A DNA stretch of 64,000 nucleotides. Source: a virus. Within the stretch, counting starts at the first letter, position 1, and each line of letters begins with the position of its first letter. The notes under the pieces are model-generated. The model saw only the letters and a list, made by a program, of their open reading frames with translations, ran no database searches and had not been told where the DNA came from. Positions 57,098-64,000 of this stretch are shown one piece after another. A program made the translations under genes and the position numbers. The DNA lies in IMG/VR virus record IMGVR_UViG_3300037116_000074, positions 1 through 64,000 of that record. The stretch is one strand, 5' to 3'.

Positions 57098-57454
57098 ATG
57101 CTAGCCGATAGTTACTTACATCCAGATCAACGACGACGCGACAGAGAAGCCGCTAGTCAACAACCAGTTAATCGCGCCGTTTATCTAGGCAATGATCAAA
57201 CGGGTATGTCAGCGCATTACAATAATGTTGCCGTCAATACATTCGATGAATTGAAGCCTGTTATCCACCGCAATACTACCTGGCACACATTACCAGCATT
57301 GCAAGCGTTAAGACCTAATGGCCCTAGAATGAGCGATCTTGTACGTAGTGATAAACGCGCCAACTTTTGGGAAGCATATAAAGACTTACGCTATGCGGGC
57401 TTATCGCGCAGAAAAACGTTATTGTATATCTTAGAACATGGGACTAGTGAATAA
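57098..57454 (+). CDS. Hypothetical protein
   Basis: SD TAAGGAG. Confidence 0.55.
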   Translation: MLADSYLHPDQRRRDREAASQQPVNRAVYLGNDQTGMSAHYNNVAVNTFDELKPVIHRNTTWHTLPALQALRPNGPRMSDLVRSDKRANFWEAYKDLRYAGLSRRKTLLYILEHGTSE

Positions 57455-57534
57455 TGATTTACAAAACTATATTAATACACACATAAAGCAATGCACTTTG
57501 ATATAACAGTAATATAGACAAAAGGGATACGATA

Positions 57535-57741
57535 ATGAAAACTAAAATATATTCTATCCAATCGGTATGGACTGGATCATATGAAAAGGAATTATGTCAA
57601 GCACATAAAGCACCATATAAAGCCGATCAATTTCTATTGGCTGAATGTGATCTATTAGAACCAAAAGGAATGTGTGAAGATTGTGAATTAGAAATTGTCG
57701 AAACAAACTATATCAAACGCATATGTGGGACATTAGATTAA
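57535..57741 (+). CDS. Small Cys-containing protein
   Basis: CxxH...CxxC. Confidence 0.5.
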   Translation: MKTKIYSIQSVWTGSYEKELCQAHKAPYKADQFLLAECDLLEPKGMCEDCELEIVETNYIKRICGTLD

Positions 57742-58091
57742 AGGGGATTATAGAAATGATTACTAATAAAATTACTCAAGAAATAGATACCATAGCGCTA
57801 GATGATTTACGTTTATTCATTGATAATGAAGCAACTTTACATCATAATCGCGTGGTGCCAATGATAAAAAACGTAGCACGTAAGCTCAAAAATGGTACTT
57901 ATGATGCTAACTTAGCTCCAAAATTATGGATATATTTAGTTGACGCTGGCATTGAACTATATATTAAAGACTTTGGTGGCAATAAGAAAATGTTCCCCAA
58001 ACCCTTGCGCTACGAATTAGCTAAACAATATGCCGAATATTATTTAGAAGAAATTAAATTAGGTAATTACAGTATGTTATTAGGTGAATAA
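57723..58091 (+). CDS. Phage hypothetical protein
   Basis: LFIDNE.LH.....IKN.ARK...G.YD...A.KLW.YLVD.G pattern. Confidence 0.6.
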   Translation: MWDIRLKGIIEMITNKITQEIDTIALDDLRLFIDNEATLHHNRVVPMIKNVARKLKNGTYDANLAPKLWIYLVDAGIELYIKDFGGNKKMFPKPLRYELAKQYAEYYLEEIKLGNYSMLLGE

Positions 58092-58093
58092 TC

Positions 58094-58408
58094 ATGAGCA
58101 GAAAATTAGAAATATTTATTGATTTACTACCGCACAATTACAAATTAACATCTATCGATAACGGTAAAATTAAGTGGGTTAAAAAACCTAAGCAACAAAT
58201 ATACATCGGAGTAATGCCTGATTCTTATCAAATATTTAGATCTGATCTAACACCAACACTTGAAAGCCACGGGCATTTATATAACGCTGTAATCGGCGCT
58301 TTCAAAACACTGCGCGGCGCAAAATTCATGCGTCAATATGGCAAAGGTAATCCACATTGCACTACCGTTGATGAAGCGGAAAGGTTAGGTAAAATATATG
58401 CTAAGTAA
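58094..58408 (+). CDS. Hypothetical protein
   Basis: Coupled ORF. Confidence 0.55.
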   Translation: MSRKLEIFIDLLPHNYKLTSIDNGKIKWVKKPKQQIYIGVMPDSYQIFRSDLTPTLESHGHLYNAVIGAFKTLRGAKFMRQYGKGNPHCTTVDEAERLGKIYAK

Positions 58409-58706
58409 AATAGATAAATTACTATATTGGAACGGTAATTATGTTATTAACTTCGAAATGACACTAGATCAAGCCGAACAAGTATCACATTCAGGCGATT
58501 GTTTAGACGACGTTGAAGCACTCTTGAGAGTACCTGAAATTATCAAACAATTTGATGCTATTGATCCTGATAAGATTCGCCTAGAGATTAAAGAGACCGG
58601 CGCTTGGGATGAAACAGAATTACAAGATACACATATGAATAAAGTTCGTTTTTTATGGATAGTTGGTAATGACCTGGCAGAGCAAGAGGTTAGCGATCAT
58701 GACTAA
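58398..58706 (+). CDS. Acidic phage hypothetical protein
   Basis: SHSGDC..DV....E.GAWD..EL.D...N..R.LW. Confidence 0.6.
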   Translation: MLSKIDKLLYWNGNYVINFEMTLDQAEQVSHSGDCLDDVEALLRVPEIIKQFDAIDPDKIRLEIKETGAWDETELQDTHMNKVRFLWIVGNDLAEQEVSDHD

Positions 58707-58941
58707 AGATAAATTCAAAAACAAAAATGGTTCACTAACTATATATAGTTTTGCATGTGGCTATATTGAGCGCTTCATTCATAACAATATACAAGTAGAT
58801 TTATATCTAGACGGTTGTTGGCATGTCAGAGCGCATGACTTCAACAAACATCAGCGCCTAACATGGGAGTCAGTACCTACATTAACACAGGCTAGACGGT
58901 ATTTTAGTTCTATTAAGCAAGAGGTTAAACAATTAGTATGA
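58663..58941 (+). CDS. Phage hypothetical protein
   Basis: G.LT.YSFACGYIE; likely start MTKDKF. Confidence 0.55.
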   Translation: MVMTWQSKRLAIMTKDKFKNKNGSLTIYSFACGYIERFIHNNIQVDLYLDGCWHVRAHDFNKHQRLTWESVPTLTQARRYFSSIKQEVKQLV

Positions 58942-59141
58942 CTAACGAAACTGCCTGGGCAGAGTTCGAAGCAAGCAAAACAGAGCCACCACCCGAATAT
59001 GTATGCGATGAATATTACTGCCAGGTATGCCACAAAACATGGGAATTAGATCCTAGCGATGAGTCCCCGCTAGCAGATATAAACTTTACTAATAAAAATG
59101 GGATTATGGTCGGTTGGTGTAATGATTGTGGGGACTATTAA
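58938..59141 (+). CDS. Small Zn-ribbon-like protein
   Basis: CQVC...CNDC. Confidence 0.5.
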   Translation: MTNETAWAEFEASKTEPPPEYVCDEYYCQVCHKTWELDPSDESPLADINFTNKNGIMVGWCNDCGDY

Positions 59142-59372
59142 ATGCACACAGTAATAATAAGAGATACACAATTTAACGTAAGCACTGTTGAATTAGAGCG
59201 CTTACTACAAACAAGTTACTACAATAGATTTAAAACTCATAGTAACGGTTCACAAAGGCAAATAGATATTAAGGGTATCGATACATTCAGTATCGTTACG
59301 CCACATTGCCTAGATACGGCAATGGAATTAGTCAAACAATATTGTCACCCATTTTTAAAGGCAGGTCATTAA
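59142..59372 (+). CDS. Hypothetical protein
   Basis: Coupled ORF. Confidence 0.5.
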   Translation: MHTVIIRDTQFNVSTVELERLLQTSYYNRFKTHSNGSQRQIDIKGIDTFSIVTPHCLDTAMELVKQYCHPFLKAGH

Positions 59373-59373
59373 C

Positions 59374-59625
59374 ATGTGTATAACAACAGATGAACTCACA
59401 TTCAGAATTGAAAGCTTTGAATTTTGGTCTATGGTGCCCACTAGTACAGATCGTGATGGCTTACCATGTTTTGAAGCCTATTTTAGTAAAATCCCATGCG
59501 ATATTTGTAATAGTATATTGTATGGTGACAGGTATGATTATACTTGTAAAAATAGATTCGAAGATACTACTAGCATACATACTTTCAGTATTTGTGTAGA
59601 TTGTATGCAATTGATTGAGAGGTAA
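59374..59625 (+). CDS. Small Zn-ribbon-like protein
   Basis: FS..PCDIC...L.GDRY...ICVDC. Confidence 0.55.
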   Translation: MCITTDELTFRIESFEFWSMVPTSTDRDGLPCFEAYFSKIPCDICNSILYGDRYDYTCKNRFEDTTSIHTFSICVDCMQLIER

Positions 59626-59659
59626 ATAACATCGATGCTATTTATAAGGAGTAATTAAA

Positions 59660-59965
59660 ATGAAAACACAAACAATAAACAGTATCACATTACTATTAGA
59701 TGATTGTCGCGGTATCTATATACCAAGAGACTTTGCCAATTTCGATTTAACAGACTGGGACGGCATAGATCCCGATGATATCGAAATATGTAAGCAACCA
59801 GATCATGAGTATTACTGGGATGCTTGGCAAAACATATTAGATCATGCCAAACATAAAAAACATGGTCATAGTTTATATCAAGATGGATCTCTATGGGCAG
59901 TGAACTACGATACTATAACAGACGATGAATATAAGGAATTTTTTGGAGAGGATAGAATATCATGA
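59660..59965 (+). CDS. Acidic phage hypothetical protein
   Basis: SD TAAGGAG; RGIYIP..F...PDHEYYWDAW..IL...LYQDG.LW. Confidence 0.65.
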   Translation: MKTQTINSITLLLDDCRGIYIPRDFANFDLTDWDGIDPDDIEICKQPDHEYYWDAWQNILDHAKHKKHGHSLYQDGSLWAVNYDTITDDEYKEFFGEDRIS

Positions 59966-60186
59966 TTAAACAAAGAGCACAATTAGGCATAGACGGTAAC
60001 TGTGGATTCGCATTATTAGGCGAAAACCTCCAAGAGGGTGAAGCCGAATTTGTAGAAATAGAAGAGCCACGCACATCAGACAATGAGCGACAAGCAGCGG
60101 GCATAGCATTTCGGAAATTACAAGTACGCTTAAATAGACCTGACTTATCATACTATTTTGGTATATCCCACCCTTTTGGAGATTAA
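59962..60186 (+). CDS. Hypothetical protein
   Basis: ATGA-coupled; GIDGN...LLGENLQEG. Confidence 0.55.
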   Translation: MIKQRAQLGIDGNCGFALLGENLQEGEAEFVEIEEPRTSDNERQAAGIAFRKLQVRLNRPDLSYYFGISHPFGD

Positions 60187-60191
60187 CAATC

Positions 60192-60398
60192 ATGCTCAAA
60201 CTAAGTAAAATAACCCTAGATCCCGGTGAAGTGGTATTATGCGACCATTGCAAGCAACCATTAACCGATGAGGTCGCGGAAATAGGTACGCCAGGATATT
60301 ATCATCAATCATGCGCTTTTGATTTGACAGATATCAATTTAGATTACATGGCATTTATGGATGATGCTCAAGAATACGCCAAGAGCAAGGGTGAGTGA
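60192..60398 (+). CDS. Small Zn-binding-like protein
   Basis: CDHC...HQSC. Confidence 0.5.
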   Translation: MLKLSKITLDPGEVVLCDHCKQPLTDEVAEIGTPGYYHQSCAFDLTDINLDYMAFMDDAQEYAKSKGE

Positions 60399-60583
60399 TG
60401 AAAGCCAAACATGAACATACTATTTTGCATGAGGCATGCCTTGATTGCTGGACATCTGCGACTAGTGACATGAGCCACTGTATAATATGTCATCGCTATT
60501 TTACCGGCGGCAAAGTCAATTTATGTATTAGTTGTCTAGAGTCGGAATATTTACGTTTAAAGGGGCTGGCTAATGAAGACTGA
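60395..60583 (+). CDS. Small Cys-rich protein
   Basis: Three CxxC pairs. Confidence 0.45.
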   Translation: MMKAKHEHTILHEACLDCWTSATSDMSHCIICHRYFTGGKVNLCISCLESEYLRLKGLANED

Positions 60584-60767
60584 TCCCTATATGGATGAAT
60601 TAGCTAACGATATTCAAAAGCTTGCGCAGTTAATAGCTAAATATGAAAACATACCCTTTGCTGATCATAGATATAGCTATCTAGTAGATCATAAGCGGGA
60701 ATTAATTGGCTTTAAGGTGGATATTAGTAGTGCATTAGAATATTTAATTAGGACTATAGAATCATGA
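60573..60767 (+). CDS. Hypothetical protein
   Basis: Coupled ORF. Confidence 0.45.
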   Translation: MKTDPYMDELANDIQKLAQLIAKYENIPFADHRYSYLVDHKRELIGFKVDISSALEYLIRTIES

Positions 60768-60777
60768 AACCAGAAAT

Positions 60778-61302
60778 ATGGCTCCTTTACATTTCATTCT
60801 ATTTAAGCGCTATAATAATGCGACTACATGGTTACCTATGATTACACAGGAAATAGTCAAAGAATTATTGGATTACAATCCCCTAACCGGGATTGTAACT
60901 TGGCGTACCAGCGGTCATAAACGAACCAAAGGTGCTATAGCTGGCTCACTCAATCAGCCCTTAAATCGATACTATATCAGTATTCATTACAAACAATATG
61001 CTTTAGCTAGAGTTATCTGGTTATATTATTATGGAATTTGGGCAAAGATAGACATTGATCACATCAATCAAAACCCATTAGATAATAGGATAGAAAATTT
61101 ACGCACGGCTAGCAGAAGCCTAAATTGTCATAATTCTAAGATTAGTACGCGCAATACATCGGGACACAAAGGGGTAAGCTATTGCCCGCGCGGACAATAT
61201 TGGATATCAGATGTTACAATAGAACATTGTCGTATTCAGAAATATTTTAAAACAAAACAAGAAGCCATTAAACATCGTCAATCAATCCAGGTGCCAACAT
61301 GA
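60778..61302 (+). CDS. HNH homing endonuclease with AP2-like C-terminus
   Basis: LLDYNP.TG, IDHINQNPLDNRIENLR, NTSGHKGVSY; likely start MITQE (60838). Confidence 0.88.
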   Translation: MAPLHFILFKRYNNATTWLPMITQEIVKELLDYNPLTGIVTWRTSGHKRTKGAIAGSLNQPLNRYYISIHYKQYALARVIWLYYYGIWAKIDIDHINQNPLDNRIENLRTASRSLNCHNSKISTRNTSGHKGVSYCPRGQYWISDVTIEHCRIQKYFKTKQEAIKHRQSIQVPT

Positions 61303-61973
61303 ATACCTGGTTTACAAGCGATCAACATTTTTTTCATACAAATATTATTAGGCTTGCCAATAGACCTTTCAATAGCATTGAAGAAATGCATGAAATGTTA
61401 ATCACTAATTGGCAACAAGTAGTGCAAGAAGATGACCTAGTTTATGTATGTGGAGATTTTTCGTGGCGGTATGATCAGATACCCCAATTATTAAAACGTT
61501 TACCAGGCAGAAAAGTTCTTATAGCGGGGAATCATGAGAAATGTTTTAAAGAACTGCATGGCATATCAACATATCGAAAATATACAGACTTCTATCTTAA
61601 AGCAGGCTTTGAAGCTATCTACACAAATTTAGTCATCGAAATAGCCGGGCAACCAGTCAATCTATCCCACTTTCCCTATCGTTCAGAACAACCGAATCCA
61701 GAATATGATGACCGCTATCGGGAAATGCGGTTAGTTAATGATGGCAGGTTTTTGGTGCACGGTCACATCCACCAACGGGGGCTGTATAGGAATAAAATGA
61801 TCAACGTTAGTGTTGAAATGCATAACTACAGTCCAGTTTCAATCGACACGATAGCAAAACATATTCAAGATAACCCTAATGGAATTGAAAACGATAACCA
61901 TTCCCTTAACATATCGTCACAAAACTTAACATCTCTTAACAATGAGCCGGAAGAGAGCGATCCGACCCTGTGA
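61299..61973 (+). CDS. Calcineurin-like metallophosphoesterase
   Basis: WFTSDQHFFH, CGDFS, GNHE, SHFP, HGHIH. Confidence 0.92.
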   Translation: MNTWFTSDQHFFHTNIIRLANRPFNSIEEMHEMLITNWQQVVQEDDLVYVCGDFSWRYDQIPQLLKRLPGRKVLIAGNHEKCFKELHGISTYRKYTDFYLKAGFEAIYTNLVIEIAGQPVNLSHFPYRSEQPNPEYDDRYREMRLVNDGRFLVHGHIHQRGLYRNKMINVSVEMHNYSPVSIDTIAKHIQDNPNGIENDNHSLNISSQNLTSLNNEPEESDPTL

Positions 61974-62031
61974 ATCTAATAGATTTTACCGGGAGAAAAA
62001 AAATTTTTGGAAAAAATAGGAGGGTGCCCGG

Positions 62032-63483
62032 TTAATTATAGACAGCATGGGCCTGTGTTAATATTTTCTTACGATATACTTCTGTTAATTTAATCCCAAC
62101 CCGAACGCGTGTTCCACCACCTAATTGGCTAGATTTAAGATTTCCATTATTAAGCATACGACCGAATGCATTCTTGGATGGAGCATCGTGATTATTTTCA
62201 TTACACCAAATCATAAATGCATCATATAATGCTTTCATTGGTTCGCTGTCATATACTTCGCTAGTGCAAGCATCAGCAATAAATTGCGCCAACAAATCAT
62301 TTTCATTCATATAGCTACTACCGGCACTATCTACGATTGCAACTTTAATTAGAGATTTCTTAGATAATACCTGCTGAGCAAAGTACATCATTCTATTTAA
62401 TATATAAGGTGCTTCGGCACGTAGAACAGACTTATCGAAATCTTTAATGCGATTAGCTTCACTAATCTGGTGGGCAAATGGTAATATTTTTAAGCGTCTA
62501 GCAAACCCTGCATCAGCACCGTCTACTGGAGGTTTATTATTACTGGTGAATAATAGTTTGCATACCGGCATAAAATTAATGGTTTTACCATGCATCTCAC
62601 GGGCAGTTATCGGATTACCGCTGGTAATAGCTTTAATTTTTGCTTCATTAAATTTTCCCTTCAGCTCATCAATGAATACGAATCGTTTACCAATTAAACG
62701 CATATCTTGTTCTGGATGTGGCGTGTTGTATGTATCGGCAAATTGCGCTTGTGGTGCTAAGTACCCATATTCATTTAAAATATATAACCAGACGCCAGCC
62801 AATGATGATTTACCAGTACTTGCTAGACCGTGAAACCAGTAAAACTCCTGCTGAAATGTTTCGCCAGTTAATATATATCCGGATAACTCTTCCAGATATT
62901 GTTCCATTTCGGGGTCACCGTGGGCCATGAATTTTATATGATTAATATAATTCGGACACAGAGAGCCATCTTGATCATCGTTTGGTGCAACCGTAGTAAT
63001 TTGCCTACAGAAATTAGATGCTGCCTGCTCTAACAATGTATTTGTTAATAAATTATATAGTCCTTCGGGGGTATTCAGTAGTAATGAGTTAGTGTCAAAT
63101 TCCTGTGGGAGAATTTGCATTCTGAGATCTCTTTGTAAGATATTTATTACATTGTCTGTAAATGTAGGTCCATGAGCCTTAGACAATCCAGTCATAAACT
63201 GTGGCATGCCCTTCTTGGCTTGCAAATCACGCTTCATTTCGGCGATAACATCGCGTAATACCATATACAAGCTATTATTTTGCTGCCAATGCGTTCCTGT
63301 GAATGAATACCATGCATTTGAGCATGGTTCATATCGGAACATAGGGCTTAATAGTGGTATTAATATATCCGCCACCAAATTAGCCGAAAAAACATGGTGG
63401 CCGTTTTCGTTTTGGTGGGTTTCACGGCCCTCTATATTGACATAATTTTCGTACCACTTATGTCCCGATGGAAGTAGTTTCAT
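62032..63483 (-). CDS. D5-like (P4-family) SF3 helicase without a primase domain
   Basis: LLNTPEG..NL.T (D5_N), HGLASTGKS, KRFVFIDE, ITSGNPITAREMH, FTSNNKP, RRLKILPF. Confidence 0.92.
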   Translation of the reverse strand: MKLLPSGHKWYENYVNIEGRETHQNENGHHVFSANLVADILIPLLSPMFRYEPCSNAWYSFTGTHWQQNNSLYMVLRDVIAEMKRDLQAKKGMPQFMTGLSKAHGPTFTDNVINILQRDLRMQILPQEFDTNSLLLNTPEGLYNLLTNTLLEQAASNFCRQITTVAPNDDQDGSLCPNYINHIKFMAHGDPEMEQYLEELSGYILTGETFQQEFYWFHGLASTGKSSLAGVWLYILNEYGYLAPQAQFADTYNTPHPEQDMRLIGKRFVFIDELKGKFNEAKIKAITSGNPITAREMHGKTINFMPVCKLLFTSNNKPPVDGADAGFARRLKILPFAHQISEANRIKDFDKSVLRAEAPYILNRMMYFAQQVLSKKSLIKVAIVDSAGSSYMNENDLLAQFIADACTSEVYDSEPMKALYDAFMIWCNENNHDAPSKNAFGRMLNNGNLKSSQLGGGTRVRVGIKLTEVYRKKILTQAHAVYN

Positions 63484-63886
63484 CCGGTTCCCCTAATAGT
63501 TGCTGTGCTTGGTCTATACTACTGATTATATGGGCAAAACCGCCTTGAGCATTAATTAAATCTCTCATATCGATTTGTTCTGGTGTAGTACGCCCCTGGC
63601 CGTCGAATCGTTTTAATTCCATAGCGCAGAATTGGGCGATAGTTTGACCGACCATATCTGGTGTAATTGTTAATTGTCTCCACCCTATGTAGTCAGGCAT
63701 CCCATCGGGGCCACATCCAGCCTTTAAGCGCCTGGCGAAACCTAATACGACTGAAGAGCCATTATGTTTAATAAGTTTGCCTGCGTAGAAGTTTCCGCGC
63801 AGATTGGAGAATAGCTTAACCCGTGGTAGTTTAGTAATAAGGCGTTCGAAGGCGACTTTAGATTCGTTCTCAGGAGTTTTTTGCAT
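63458..63886 (-). CDS. VRR-NUC-type nuclease
   Basis: GMPDYIGW, FCAMELKR, TPEQ......INAQGG. Confidence 0.8.
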   Translation of the reverse strand: MQKTPENESKVAFERLITKLPRVKLFSNLRGNFYAGKLIKHNGSSVVLGFARRLKAGCGPDGMPDYIGWRQLTITPDMVGQTIAQFCAMELKRFDGQGRTTPEQIDMRDLINAQGGFAHIISSIDQAQQLLGEPDETTSIGT

Positions 63887-64000
63887 CTACCCTCCTAACG
63901 AATCGTTAGCCAGTAAGTCAGTGATTTCCTGACTTGCTGGTGAGTATTTTGGCTCTAATTCTGTTTTAGCTTCTTGATAGAATTTATATACAATTTCATC
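63887..64000 (-). CDS. 3' end of an unidentified gene (truncated by the window)
   Basis: Open frame ...DEIVYKFYQEAKTELEPKYSP...DSLGG, stop abutting the VRR-NUC start. Confidence 0.45.
   Translation of the reverse strand, partial: DEIVYKFYQEAKTELEPKYSPASQEITDLLANDSLGG

Noticed and set aside
1-64000. Stop-codon reassignment
   Set aside because: Genes are full length and densely packed under the standard code; TAG, TGA and TAA all end recognisable genes

Overview
The window is a contiguous stretch of a contractile-tailed (myovirus-like) dsDNA phage genome; I see no integrase or host genes. It holds TerL (partial), TerS and portal (1-3.5 kb), an amidase endolysin, an AEP primase, and a hydrolase cluster (HslV/proteasome-beta-like peptidase, HDAC-family deacylase, sedolisin). 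Baseplate and fibre genes follow (11-23 kb, + strand), then tail, neck, capsid and decoration genes (23-47 kb, - strand) interrupted by paralogous HNH genes. A nucleotide-metabolism/accessory block (47-53.6 kb) includes a minimal biotin-protein ligase. A 1.3 kb non-coding terminus/origin-like region, a cluster of small early-type genes, a D5-like helicase and a VRR-NUC nuclease end the window. The most unusual observations are: (1) five fibre/decoration-type proteins and several enzymes carry Sec-type signal peptides; (2) the phage encodes a biotin ligase and a stand-alone biotinyl domain, alongside an HDAC-family deacylase; (3) the 4-mer CGAG/CTCG appears absent from the whole window; (4) two genes seem to start at AUU/AUC and at least seven look leaderless; (5) a T-arm-deleted tRNA-like RNA sits in a structured non-coding locus. 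All product calls come from recognising motifs by eye; no database searches were run.
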